Assembly: GCA_964647265.1 (NCBI GenBank)
Contig: CAZYGP010000001.1
Span: 1-46,106 of the forward strand
DNA: 46,106 nucleotides
DNA from: an uncultured Acidimicrobiaceae bacterium
GTDB lineage: Bacteria; Actinomycetota; Acidimicrobiia; Spongiisociales; UBA5794
Direction: 5' to 3'
The translations under genes were made by a program, and so were the position numbers. Each line of letters begins with the position of its first letter. Position 1 is the first letter of the stretch. This document shows, piece by piece, positions 26,801 through 37,117 of the stretch. The notes beneath the pieces were generated by a model, which saw only the letters and a list, made by a program, of their open reading frames with translations, was not told the DNA's origin and did not search any database.

Positions 26801-28170
26801 CGGGTCACCCACGATGCACCAGCGCCGAGCAGCGCGTCCGCCTCCCTGGGTCCCCAGGTCCCACGCTCATACGAGATCGATGGCCTGCGGTCGGTGAGGA
26901 TGCGATCCACGATGCGCCATGCCTCCATGACCCCGTCCTGGCGAGCGAACAGACCGGGGTCGCCGCGAAGGGCATCGCCGATCAGACGGTCGTACGCGTC
27001 CCGACCGCGGACCCTGTCGTGCTGAAGGTGCAGCTCCACAGGGCCGCTCACCATCGAAGCTCCGGGGATCTTCGTCTGCATGGACAGGCTGATCTACTCG
27101 TCCGGCTTCGTGCGGAAGGTCAGGCGGTTTGCGCCCGGTCTGCAGTTGGCGTCCGCGAACAGCGGGCGGGGTGGGCGAGCGAACTCGACCACCGCTTCGG
27201 TCGTCGTCGTGGCAAGTCCCTTGCCTGCCCTGATGATCCAGGGAACGTCTGCCCAGCGCCAGGAATCAACGGCGAGGCGGATCGCGGCGAATGTCTCTGT
27301 GTCCGAGTCGGCTGCGACACCTGGCTCGTCGCGGTAGCCGGCGTACTGGCCGCGGACCATGTCGTCGGGTGTGAGAACCCGTGTCGCCCCGAGGACTTTG
27401 ACCCGTTCATCACGCAGCGCGTTGGGGTCCTCTGAAGTCGGCGGCTCCATCGCGAGGAGGGCGAGCATCTGGAGGAGGTGGTTCTGGACGACGTCTCGCA
27501 GTGTCCCCACAGTGTCGTAGAACGCGCCCCGACCCTCGACCCCGAAGTCCTCGGCCATGGTGATCTGGACGCTTCGAACGTAGTGGCGGTTCCACACCGG
27601 CTCGAGGATGGTGTTGGCGAAGCGGAAGATCATCAGGTTCTGGACGGCATCCTTGCCGAGAAAGTGGTCGATGCGATACACGCGATCCTCGGGGTATGCG
27701 CGATGGACGATCTCGTTGAGCTCCGCCGCCGAGTCGGCGTCGCGTCCGAAGGGCTTCTCGAGCACCAGCCTGCCCCGACGGTTCAACCCAACGGACGCGA
27801 GACCCTCGACGACATCGTCGAACAGGTCCGGAGGAATGGCGAGGTACGAGACCGCGCACTCGGCGCCCCCGACCCGCTTCAGGATTCCCTGGTAGGTGGC
27901 CGCGTCGCGGTAGTCACCTCCGACGTAGCAGAGGTTGGCCGCAAGCCGAGCAAAGACTCCCTCGTCGATGTCCGAGGTACCCGCCTCCAGAGCTTCTCGC
28001 GCATGGAGCCTGAGCGTGTCATCGTCCCAGTCGCTGGATGCCACCCCGATCACCGGCATATCGAGGCTTCCCTGTGCCGTCAGTTCGTAGAGGGCGGTGA
28101 AGAGCTTCCGTCTCGCGAGGTCACCGCTGATTCCGAAGAGGATCAGGGCATCTGCGTAGGTTCCCGTCAT
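26797..28170 (-). pseudogene. zwf: Glucose-6-phosphate dehydrogenase with an in-frame TAG at 27094-27096
   Basis: The N-terminal part (27097-28170: [24 protein letters not shown]) and the C-terminal part (26797-27093: YERGTWGPREADALL) are in the same frame. They are separated only by TAG within ...FRTKPDE*ISLSMQTKIPG.... Confidence 0.8.
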
Positions 28171-29186
28171 GCGGGCTTCACCTTCTCGGCGTGGCCACCG
28201 AACTGGTTCCGCATCGTCGAGAGCACCTGGTTTGCGAAATCACCGCTCCCCCTGCTGTCGAATCGGCCGTACAGGGCCGCCGAGAGGACCGGAGCTGGCA
28301 CACCCTCTTCCACGGCACTCAGCACCGTCCAGCGCCCCTCGCCGGAGTCCGACACGTGTCCGGTGAACCCCTCCAACTCGGGGTCATCGACGAAGGCGGC
28401 CGCGGTGAGGTCGAGGAGCCACGATGCGATCACGCTCCCCCTCCGCCATACCTCGGTCACTTCCGGGATGTCGATGTCGTAGAGGTATCGCTCCGGGCGC
28501 CGAAGGGGAGCGGTCTCGGCGTCGTGGTCCCCTGCGGACGCTCCGATCCCGGCATGCTTGAGGATGTTGAGGCCTTCGGCGAACGAGGCCATCACACCGT
28601 ACTCGATGCCGTTGTGGATCATCTTGACGAAGTGGCCCGCACCGCTCGGCCCGCAGTGCAGATACCCGTGCTCGGAAGGACCGGGGAGGCCACTTCGTCC
28701 CGGGGTCCGAGCCGCAGCCTCCACGCCGGGGGCGAGGCTCCGGAAGATCGGATCGAGCGACGCGACCGCATCGGTGTCGCCGCCGATCATCAAGGAGAAT
28801 CCACGCTCGAGCCCGAAAACTCCACCGCTGGTGCCGACGTCGACCAGCCGTATCCCCCGCTGTGCGAGGGACGCCGATCGCTCGAGGTCGTCCTGGTAGA
28901 ACGAGTTGCCCCCGTCGATTATGATGTCGCCCGGTTCGAGGTGTTCAGCTATTTCCTCGATGACCTGTCCGGTGATTCCTGCTGGGACCATCACCCAGAC
29001 GGCACGCGGAGCGCTCAGGAGAGAGGCCAGATCCTCCATGGTCTCGGCGCCCATTGCACCCCCTGCGACCAGTTCGGCGACGGTTTCGCTGTTGACGTCG
29101 TAGACGACGGGTTTGTGGCCGTCGCGTAGCATCCGACGTGTGAGGTTGGCGCCCATACGGCCGAGGCCGATCATGCCGATTTCCAT
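28167..29186 (-). CDS. gnd: 6-phosphogluconate dehydrogenase, short (about 340 aa) decarboxylating type
   Basis: An RBS (gaaggagacacac) precedes the ATG at 29186. The N-terminus is [15 protein letters not shown], with GGNSFYQD and [13 protein letters not shown] also present. The long N-terminal extension in the ORF track overlaps tal and is not coding. Confidence 0.8.
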   Translation of the reverse strand: MEIGMIGLGRMGANLTRRMLRDGHKPVVYDVNSETVAELVAGGAMGAETMEDLASLLSAPRAVWVMVPAGITGQVIEEIAEHLEPGDIIIDGGNSFYQDDLERSASLAQRGIRLVDVGTSGGVFGLERGFSLMIGGDTDAVASLDPIFRSLAPGVEAAARTPGRSGLPGPSEHGYLHCGPSGAGHFVKMIHNGIEYGVMASFAEGLNILKHAGIGASAGDHDAETAPLRRPERYLYDIDIPEVTEVWRRGSVIASWLLDLTAAAFVDDPELEGFTGHVSDSGEGRWTVLSAVEEGVPAPVLSAALYGRFDSRGSGDFANQVLSTMRNQFGGHAEKVKPA

Positions 29187-29202
29187 GTGTGTCTCCTTCG
29201 TG

Positions 29203-30291
29203 TCAGTTCGTGTAGGTACGGATCGAGGCGAGCAGGCCTGCCCATGCCTCGTTGAACGCAGCAGCCCCGTCGATTCGGAGTCGGTCACCCAGCTGCTCGA
29301 CGTCGACGCCGGCCCTCCGAACCGTGTCGATGCGGCTCCGGGCCTGTGCGTGGTCCGGCTCCATGAGGTCACACGTGACCCCATGGTCGGCGTATGCGAG
29401 CAGGGTCTTCTCGGGGACGGTGTCGACGGTTCCAGGGGCCACGAGTCGTCCGAGGTAGTACGTGTCGGGTAGTGCGGGGTTCTTGGTCCCCGTGCTCGCC
29501 CACAGCACCCGCTGGGCGAAGGCACCGGCATCGCGGAGCCGTGTGAATCGTGGCGTGGCGAGCGTATCCCGGTAGGTTGCGAGGATCTCCTGCATCAGCG
29601 CCAGGCCCAGCCTTCCCTGCTGCTCCTCGGGAAGCTGAGGATCGGCGGCCGCGTCCCAGCGACTGACGAACACGGATGCGACCGACGCAACCCTCGGTGT
29701 GAGCCCGGCATCTACCCGCCGCTCCATCGCGGTGAGGTACGCGTCAGCAGTAGCGGCGTAGTGGTCGGGGGAGAACAGGAGGGTCACGTTGACGGGAATG
29801 CCGGCGGCGAGGAGCTCCTCAGCCGCCTCCAACCCGGCCGCAGTGCCCGGAACCTTGATCATCACGTTCGGCCGGTCGGCGTCGGCGAACAACTGGGTTC
29901 CAGCGGCAATCGTGCCCTCGGCGTCGTCGAGAAGGGTGGGGCTCACCTCGATGGAGACGAAACCATCGGCTCCTCCGCTCGCACGATGCGAGGCGAGGAG
30001 GAGGTCGGCCGCCGGGACAAGGTCCCCGAGTGCCAACGCGAACGCGATGGATTCTTCATCCGTCGTTCCGCCGTCGATGAGGGCCCGTATCGAGTCCACA
30101 TACTCTTCGCCGGCTCCGATGGCCTGGTGCAGGATCGACGGGTTCGACGTGACACCGGTGACGTACAGGTCGTTGATGTATCGCAACAGCGTCCCGCTCT
30201 CGATCAGATTCCGGCTGATCGAGTCGAGCCAAACGCTCTGACCGGCAGCAGCGAGTTCTCCCAGGGCGTTCGTCGCGACGGTGGAGGTCAT
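29203..30291 (-). CDS. tal: Transaldolase (actinobacterial long type)
   Basis: GQSVWLDSISR, VTGVTSNPSI and FVSIEVSP are present. Its ATGA overlaps the tkt stop. Confidence 0.85.
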   Translation of the reverse strand: MTSTVATNALGELAAAGQSVWLDSISRNLIESGTLLRYINDLYVTGVTSNPSILHQAIGAGEEYVDSIRALIDGGTTDEESIAFALALGDLVPAADLLLASHRASGGADGFVSIEVSPTLLDDAEGTIAAGTQLFADADRPNVMIKVPGTAAGLEAAEELLAAGIPVNVTLLFSPDHYAATADAYLTAMERRVDAGLTPRVASVASVFVSRWDAAADPQLPEEQQGRLGLALMQEILATYRDTLATPRFTRLRDAGAFAQRVLWASTGTKNPALPDTYYLGRLVAPGTVDTVPEKTLLAYADHGVTCDLMEPDHAQARSRIDTVRRAGVDVEQLGDRLRIDGAAAFNEAWAGLLASIRTYTN

Positions 30292-32312
30292 CGTGCACCT
30301 CGCTCGAGGAGGCCGCGCACCTTTGCAGCAACGTTGTCGGGGGTGAGACCGACTTCGCGGTACACGACCTCGGCAGGTGCCGAAGCACCGAAGCGGTCGA
30401 GGCCCACAACGGCATCGGCGAACTCGAGCCAGCCCTGGCTCGCTCCTGCTTCGACGGCGACGGCTGGCACATCGGGTGGGATGATCTTGCGTCTGTGAGC
30501 GTCCTCGAGCGATCGGAACTCCTCCCAGGACGGCATCGAGACGACCTGCGTGTCGATCCCCTCTCCCCGGAGGATCTCGGCAGCCTCAACGGCGAGTCCG
30601 ACCTCGGTTCCGGTGCCGATGATCACCGCGTCTTTCCCGTTTCGTACGACCGTGGCGCCGGCGCGGATCCGATCGGCGGGTATCACAGGCATCGCTTGCC
30701 TCGAGAGCACGATCATGGTGGGACCCTGCCGACGCATCGCGTCTGCCCAGGCTTTCGCCACCTCGTTGGCATCGCCCGGTCTCGACACGACGAGGCCCGG
30801 CATGGCCCGAAACGACGCAAGGTGCTCGACCGGCTGGTGCGTCGGACCGTCCTCGCCAACGCCGATCGAGTCGTGCGTCATCACCCATACGACGGGCAGC
30901 TGCATCAGTGCCGACATGCGCACGGCGGGGCGGAGGTAGTCGGAGAACACGAAGAAGGTCGAGGCGAACGGTCGAAGGCCGCCGTGGGCCGCCATGGCAT
31001 TCGAGATCGCGCCCATCGCGTGCTCACGCACGCCGAAGTGGATGTTGGACCCCGTCCAGTCGCCACAGTTGACATCCCCTGAGGCTGCGATATGGGTCTT
31101 GGTGGACGGCGAGACGTCCGCCGAGCCTCCTACCAGCTCGGGAGTCACACTCGCGATCGCATTCAAGGCGGAGCCGCCCGCGTCGCGACCGGAGACCTCG
31201 GATCCTGCGGTCCACTCCGGCACGGCATCCGCCCATCCGTCAGGCAGGCTCCCTCCGATGACACGCTCGAAGTCCTCGGCGAGATCGGGATGTGCCGCTC
31301 GGTACGCCTCCATTGTCCCGTCCCATGTCGTCCTCGCTGCGGCACGCTGGTTCACGAGACCCTCCCAGTGCGTGGTCACGCTGTCGGGGATCTGGAACGG
31401 ACCGTGGTTCCAGCCGAGCGTCGCCCGCCCGGCGGCGAGGGCTTCAGGGCCGAGTGGGTTCCCGTGAGCAGCGGCGGTGTCCTGTTTCGGCGTTCCGAAG
31501 CCGATGTTTGAGTGCACGACGATCAGGCTCGGACGACCGGGCTCCGCGATGGCCTCCGCGATCGAGCGGTCCAGCGCATCGAGGTCGTTGACGCATCCGA
31601 CAGGCAGTGCCACGTGCCATCCGTTCGCGGTGAACCGTGCCGCGACGTCCTCTGATGTCTCGACGTCCGCCGCGCCCTCGAGCGAGATCCGATTCGAATC
31701 GAAGAACACGGTGAGCTTGCCGAGGCCGAGTCGTCCCGCGATAGAGGCGGCCTCGCTGCTGAGTCCCTCCATCATGTCGCCATCACCTGCGATCACCCAG
31801 GTGCGATGGTCGACGATCGTGTGGTCCGGCCTGTTGTACCTCGCGGCGAGCATTCTCTCTGCGAGGGCGAACCCGACACCGTTGGCGATGCCCTGTCCGA
31901 GCGGACCTGTCGAGATGTCGATCCCGGGTGTCACCCCTCTCTCGGGGTGTCCGGGGGTGTTCGATCCCCACTGCCTGAACGATCTGAGGTCATCGAGGGT
32001 CAGGTCGTACCCGGCGAGATGCAGCGACGCATAGAGCAGGGCAGATGCGTGACCGATGGAGAGGACGACGCGGTCACGGTCGAACCAGTCCGGTGTCGCG
32101 GGGTCGTGCCTGAGCCATTCGGTGTACAGGCGGTACCCAAGCGGAGCGAGGGCCATCGGTGTGCCCGGATGTCCCGATCCCGCCCGTTCGACCATGTCGG
32201 CTGAAAGGAACCGCACCGCATCGATGGCGGCCTTCTGGGTTCCCTCCAGGTGGTCCTCCCCTGTGGAGTCGGTGTGGACGATCAGGACGGGTTCTGCGAT
32301 GTCGGTGGTCAT
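30288..32312 (-). CDS. tkt: Transketolase
   Basis: An RBS (gaggagcacc) precedes the ATG at 32312. SGHPGTPMALAP, GDGDMMEG and THDSIGVGEDGPTHQPVEH are present. Confidence 0.9.
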   Translation of the reverse strand: MTTDIAEPVLIVHTDSTGEDHLEGTQKAAIDAVRFLSADMVERAGSGHPGTPMALAPLGYRLYTEWLRHDPATPDWFDRDRVVLSIGHASALLYASLHLAGYDLTLDDLRSFRQWGSNTPGHPERGVTPGIDISTGPLGQGIANGVGFALAERMLAARYNRPDHTIVDHRTWVIAGDGDMMEGLSSEAASIAGRLGLGKLTVFFDSNRISLEGAADVETSEDVAARFTANGWHVALPVGCVNDLDALDRSIAEAIAEPGRPSLIVVHSNIGFGTPKQDTAAAHGNPLGPEALAAGRATLGWNHGPFQIPDSVTTHWEGLVNQRAAARTTWDGTMEAYRAAHPDLAEDFERVIGGSLPDGWADAVPEWTAGSEVSGRDAGGSALNAIASVTPELVGGSADVSPSTKTHIAASGDVNCGDWTGSNIHFGVREHAMGAISNAMAAHGGLRPFASTFFVFSDYLRPAVRMSALMQLPVVWVMTHDSIGVGEDGPTHQPVEHLASFRAMPGLVVSRPGDANEVAKAWADAMRRQGPTMIVLSRQAMPVIPADRIRAGATVVRNGKDAVIIGTGTEVGLAVEAAEILRGEGIDTQVVSMPSWEEFRSLEDAHRRKIIPPDVPAVAVEAGASQGWLEFADAVVGLDRFGASAPAEVVYREVGLTPDNVAAKVRGLLERGAR

Positions 32313-32424
32313 GGTGCTCCTCGGATGGTGTGTGGCTGTGTTGGGTTGGACACGTCGTCGCCGTGGCGCGCTGTCGCTGCCGATGTGGGGACTCGTCCGG
32401 ATCTCGGGTCGTTCGGGTAGTGCG

Positions 32425-34803
32425 TCATGCAACATCGACCGAGTAGTCCCGGCCCTCCCACCTCGTGCCGTCATCCCAGCGAAACGTGAATCGGATCGGA
32501 CCTTCCTGGGTGTCTGGCACCTCGATGTCGGCGTACTCGACTCCAAGGCGGGTCGACGTCGATGGGACCTCGGTGACGTCCTGCCATTCGTTGGCAGTCC
32601 AGATGAGGTCGAACGCCTGGGGAGTCTGAATGCGCAACAGCCAGCCTCGCTTGACGGAATGCGGCTGGCGGTTTGGCTTCCAGACCTCGAGTGGCCTGCA
32701 ATGGGTGCGGGCCCCGTAGCGCTCCGTGAGTTCGGGGATCAGGTCGAAGACCTTCCCTTCCGCGACGCTGCGCAGCAGCTTGATGTACTCGGCATGCGCC
32801 CACATGAGCGGCATGGCCGCACCTGTTGGGCGTCCAGTGAACAGGAACTGCTCAGGGCGGTCCTCGGCGTCCCAGACCTGCTCAGGCAGGAGACCGACGC
32901 CGTGCGCGAACGCTTCCAGTGCCTTGATGTGCGGGGTCGGGTCCCCTCCAGCCGCGAGTTCGTAATGGCCCCGCTCACCCGTGAGCAACGGCCACGGCCT
33001 GCCAACACCCCACCACTCGAAGGCGCCACCGTCGTCGCGTTGCCCGTAGCCGTCGTGGTTGTAGCGGTACCAGACGGGTCCCTCGTCGAGGTCCGCCCTG
33101 ATCGTGGCATCCACGACCCGAAGCGAGTCCTGGATGATCGGGTCGTCAGCGGGGCGGATCCCGTAGCGCACGAGCTCGAGGAATCCTGCGTCGATGATCT
33201 CCTTCGCCGGGAAGTGGTGCTGGACGCCGTCGGGTCGATTGGCGATCCGGACAAACGCGTCGTCCGGATGCTCATCGCCTTCGACGCCGGCAGGATTGAT
33301 GCGAACGAAATGACGGGGAACGTCGGCGAGGACGGTTCCTTTCGTCGTGACCGTCCATGGCTCGATGTGGCACTCGAGGAAGTCGGCGTACGTCTGGAGG
33401 AACGCAGCCGTCTCTTCGTCGCCCTGTTCGATGCACATCGTGGCGGCACAGGTGAGGGCGGCGATGTTGGAGGCCAGGGTCGACGGCGAGTATCCCCCGA
33501 GTTCCTCCCAGCGTTCCTGAGGAGTCGCCGGACCGTTGCGCACGAGATAGCCGGCGGCGCGGACAACCATGTCGTAGGGATCGAAGTGCTCCAAGCCTTC
33601 GCTTCGATACAGCCGATACGCCAGCAGGATGGGGAAAGCGACCTCGTCGAGCTGCACCCCCGTCCAGTAGGGATCGCCGGTCACCCAGAAGTTCTGATGA
33701 AAGCCCCCGTCAGGGAGCTGCGAGGCGGCGAGGTAGATGAGGGCGTGCATGGGGATGTCGGTATTGCCGGCGGCGAGCAGGCCGGTCGCCGAGTTGACCA
33801 TGTCCCGGGTCCAGACGAGGTGGTACCCACCCAGCTCGTGATCACCCTTGACCTCCCCCCATGGAATCGATAGCGACGCGATGAGCGCGCCCGGATACAG
33901 CTTGTCCTCATGGGCGTGGAGGAGGGACCGGCTGGTGCGAAACAACGCCCCACCGTCGCCGGAGGCCTTCTCGAGGGGCAGGAGGTGACCGGTCGCGGTC
34001 TTCCACTGCCCCACGAATCGGTCCAGCATGTCATCGAACGAGTGGCCAAGCGCCTGCAGCAGCGCCGTCATTGCGCCGTGGCGGCGGTCCGAGAAGGCCA
34101 AGGCGACGGTGAACGGCTCGTTCGCCGTCATGTCGAGTTCACCGGTGAGTGCGATGTTGCCGTCGTATGCGACGTCGAACTCCCGGGTCAGGTCGAGGTG
34201 CTCGGCGAGGTCCTGCCACCCGTCGTTGACGCCCACATAGCCGATCGAGGCACGGACGAGTGGGACGGATGCACCCAGTGCCAGCCATGAGTCGCCCTTG
34301 TGCGCGGTGAGCACGGTGCGGTCGCCTATGGACTCGACGTTCCCGGTGTTCCCCCATCCCCCGATCTCGAGGTGCGGCGCACACAAGACGAAGACGCGTA
34401 GTTTCGCCCTCAACGACGCGTCCGCCTCGATCCGTGTCCGGATGAGGAGGACGGACTGATCGGGATCGGTGATGATCTCCTTGACGATGCGGTAGCGACC
34501 GTCGGGGTCGGAGTTGGTGACGCGGACTGCGAGCGCATCGGCGTCGATGAGCTCCGTCTGCGTCAAGAGGTCGCGACGCTCATCATGGAAGAAGGTCTCA
34601 CCGTCGGTGACGATCAGCTGCAGGTCGCGAATCTGGGGTCGATCGATCGTCGGCCAGTACACCTCGTCGACGGCACCCTGGGACACGGTGTACCAGACAT
34701 GGCTCGCTGCTGATCGGGCGGTCCCGACGGCATCCTTGGCGGCGCGCGTCCAGCGGGGTTCGATGCCCGGTCCGCCGGGCGCTGCGGTCTGCGGTGCGGT
34801 CAT
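32425..34803 (-). CDS. GH15 glucoamylase / glucan 1,4-alpha-glucosidase (with N-terminal beta-sandwich domain)
   Basis: The start is trimmed to MTAPQTAAPG at 34803. YPGALIASLSIPWGE...GGYHLVWTRD, GVQLDEVAFPILL, WEELGGYSPST and PEQVWD are present. Confidence 0.85.
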   Translation of the reverse strand: MTAPQTAAPGGPGIEPRWTRAAKDAVGTARSAASHVWYTVSQGAVDEVYWPTIDRPQIRDLQLIVTDGETFFHDERRDLLTQTELIDADALAVRVTNSDPDGRYRIVKEIITDPDQSVLLIRTRIEADASLRAKLRVFVLCAPHLEIGGWGNTGNVESIGDRTVLTAHKGDSWLALGASVPLVRASIGYVGVNDGWQDLAEHLDLTREFDVAYDGNIALTGELDMTANEPFTVALAFSDRRHGAMTALLQALGHSFDDMLDRFVGQWKTATGHLLPLEKASGDGGALFRTSRSLLHAHEDKLYPGALIASLSIPWGEVKGDHELGGYHLVWTRDMVNSATGLLAAGNTDIPMHALIYLAASQLPDGGFHQNFWVTGDPYWTGVQLDEVAFPILLAYRLYRSEGLEHFDPYDMVVRAAGYLVRNGPATPQERWEELGGYSPSTLASNIAALTCAATMCIEQGDEETAAFLQTYADFLECHIEPWTVTTKGTVLADVPRHFVRINPAGVEGDEHPDDAFVRIANRPDGVQHHFPAKEIIDAGFLELVRYGIRPADDPIIQDSLRVVDATIRADLDEGPVWYRYNHDGYGQRDDGGAFEWWGVGRPWPLLTGERGHYELAAGGDPTPHIKALEAFAHGVGLLPEQVWDAEDRPEQFLFTGRPTGAAMPLMWAHAEYIKLLRSVAEGKVFDLIPELTERYGARTHCRPLEVWKPNRQPHSVKRGWLLRIQTPQAFDLIWTANEWQDVTEVPSTSTRLGVEYADIEVPDTQEGPIRFTFRWDDGTRWEGRDYSVDVA

Positions 34804-35123
34804 GTGTGTTCTCCACTCATTCACGGTCGTCGTAGCGGGTGTTCGCGTGGGTACGCGAGATCCGGGCGCCCTGCAGGGGTATGTCCACGGACCCTGTGTC
34901 AACACCGAAGCTGGGGATCGCACCGCTCAATGTCACCAAGGCGACAATGCTTCTTGTCGTGAAGGCGACTGTCTGACGCGGCCGACCTCATGACATCGGG
35001 TGGGGTTGACGCGTGCTTCGACAAGGCTCGGAACGGATCGCCTGCACCGGTGCGCCCGGGCATCTTCGTGACGGTCTACGCTACGTCGATGGTCTCCAGG
35101 CCCCATACCGATCGGCCGTTCCC

Positions 35124-37073
35124 GTGACCGAGCGCACGGAGACGACGTGGCACAAGGTCGCCGAGGTCGATGAGCTCGACGAGGGCCGGGTCAAGACCGT
35201 CATCGTCGATCGCAGGGCCCTCGTTCTCAGCCGGCACGAGGGTCGGTACGGCTGCCTGGACAATGCCTGTCCCCATCAGGGTGGCCCTCTCGGCGAGGGC
35301 TCGATCGAGAAGGGGTGGCTGCGCTGCCCATGGCACGGCTATGACTACGACCCGATCGACGGATCGCCACCCGAAGGGTTCGGGGACTCGGTTCCGTGCT
35401 TTGCCACCGACGTCCGAGACGACGGGGTCTATGTCGCGCTTCCCCCCGAACTCGCGCGTCAGCGAACGGTGTCCGACGTCATGGTCGAGACCATGGTCAA
35501 CTGGGGTGTGAGCGTCGTCTTCGGGATGGTCGGCCATTCGAACCTCGGACTTGCCGATGCCATGCGGGTCGCCGAGGAGGCAGGCAAGCTGCGCTACTTC
35601 GGGATCCGGCATGAGGGAGCTGCGTCCTTCGCCGCAAGCGCGTATGGGAAGCTGACCGATGGTCTCGCCGCATGTTTCGCCATCGCAGGTCCCGGGTCCA
35701 CCAATCTGCTCACGGGCCTCTACGACGCGAAGGTCGACAGGGCGCCGGTTCTGGCCCTCTCGGGTCAGGTGCCGTCGAAGGTACGGGGCAGGGGAGCGTT
35801 CCAGGACGCCGATCTCCATGCGGTGTTCGGAGACGTTGCCAGGTACTCGCAGACAGTCCACGCCGGATCGAATCACGCGGAGTTGATGAACCTCGCATGC
35901 AAGACGGCCCTCGTCGAGCGCGATGTGTCCCACCTCGAGTTTCCCGACGAGGTCCAGGTCCTCCCGGCGGGAGACGCAGAACCGGGAACGCCGCAGGGTC
36001 GGGTCGGGAGTCGGCGTGTCGCACCCGACCCTGACGTCGTGGACGAAGCCGTGGATCGGATCGCCGCGTCCACACGCCCGATGATCATCGTCGGCAATGG
36101 AGCCAGGCGCGACATGGACGCAATCGTCGATCTGGCCGAGCTTCTCGGCGCACCCGTCGCCACCACGTTCAAGGCGAAGGGCTTGATCCCGGATCGCCAT
36201 CCCCTCGGCTGCGGGGTCCTCGGGAGGTCCGGGACCCCGATCGCGAGCTGGTTCATGAACGAATCCGATCTCCTGGTCGTATTCGGTGCGTCCTTCTCGA
36301 ACCACACCGGTGTAGCGCCCTTCAAGCCCATCATCCAGGTGGATTTCGATCCGATGGCGCTTGGACGGTTCCACAGCGTCGACATTCCAATGCTTGCCGA
36401 CGTCGGGGTGGCAGCACAGACCCTCACCGCACGGCTCGCGGCGAGGGCGATTCACACCGACCGGCGGGACGAGATCGCCGAGCGGTGGCGCATCTGGCGC
36501 GATGAGAAGGAGCGACGATTCCACGATCACCAGGGGCAAGGCCTCTCATCGGCCAGGACGTTCGCCATTCTCACCGAGTGCGTGCCGGCTGACGCCGTCA
36601 TCTGCGTCGATGTCGGCAACAACACCTACTCGTTCGGCCGTTATTTCGAGGTCGAGGATCAGACGGTGCTCATGTCCGGGTACCTCGGCTCGATCGGCTT
36701 CGCCTTCCCCGCTGCGATGGGTGCTTGGGCCGCGGTTGGCGATCGCCGACCGATCGTCTCGGTGAGCGGCGATGGGGGATTCGGTCAGTACGCCATGGAG
36801 CTGACAACGGCGGTCAAGTACGACATGAACATCACCCACATCCTGCTGAACAACAGCGAACTGGCGAAGATCAGCAAGGAGCAGCGAGCCGCTCGTTACG
36901 ACGTGTGGCAGACCAGCCTCCACAACCCAGACTTCACCGCGTTCGCGGAGTTGTGTGGTGCGCAGGGCTTCAGGGTCACCCACCCGGATCAACTCGTCGA
37001 AGCTGTGGAGGCCGGCATCGCCCATCCGGGACCCTCGGTGGTCGGCATCATCAGCGATTCACAGTTGGTGTGA
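35124..37073 (+). CDS. Rieske [2Fe-2S] domain fused to a thiamine-diphosphate enzyme (pyruvate-oxidase / acetolactate-synthase family)
   Basis: The N-terminus carries the Rieske motifs CPHQGGPL and CPWHGYDY. TPP_N (GVSVVFGMVGHSNLGLADA, AGPGSTNL), middle and TPP_C (GDGGFGQYAMELTT, NNSELAKI) regions follow. The start is uncertain: GTG 35124 is chosen, and GTG 35013 is also open. Confidence 0.75.
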   Translation: MTERTETTWHKVAEVDELDEGRVKTVIVDRRALVLSRHEGRYGCLDNACPHQGGPLGEGSIEKGWLRCPWHGYDYDPIDGSPPEGFGDSVPCFATDVRDDGVYVALPPELARQRTVSDVMVETMVNWGVSVVFGMVGHSNLGLADAMRVAEEAGKLRYFGIRHEGAASFAASAYGKLTDGLAACFAIAGPGSTNLLTGLYDAKVDRAPVLALSGQVPSKVRGRGAFQDADLHAVFGDVARYSQTVHAGSNHAELMNLACKTALVERDVSHLEFPDEVQVLPAGDAEPGTPQGRVGSRRVAPDPDVVDEAVDRIAASTRPMIIVGNGARRDMDAIVDLAELLGAPVATTFKAKGLIPDRHPLGCGVLGRSGTPIASWFMNESDLLVVFGASFSNHTGVAPFKPIIQVDFDPMALGRFHSVDIPMLADVGVAAQTLTARLAARAIHTDRRDEIAERWRIWRDEKERRFHDHQGQGLSSARTFAILTECVPADAVICVDVGNNTYSFGRYFEVEDQTVLMSGYLGSIGFAFPAAMGAWAAVGDRRPIVSVSGDGGFGQYAMELTTAVKYDMNITHILLNNSELAKISKEQRAARYDVWQTSLHNPDFTAFAELCGAQGFRVTHPDQLVEAVEAGIAHPGPSVVGIISDSQLV

Positions 37074-37117
37074 GCCAGTCGAGCACGCTCCGGCTCCCGG
37101 CGGATGTGCCCTCCCCA

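Noticed and set aside
27094-27096. Programmed recoding of the zwf TAG, for example by pyrrolysine or suppression.
   Set aside because: No pyl genes or recoding signals are visible. TAG is used as an ordinary stop elsewhere in the window, for example by the HTH gene at 39531. A nonsense mutation or a base-call error is the simpler explanation.
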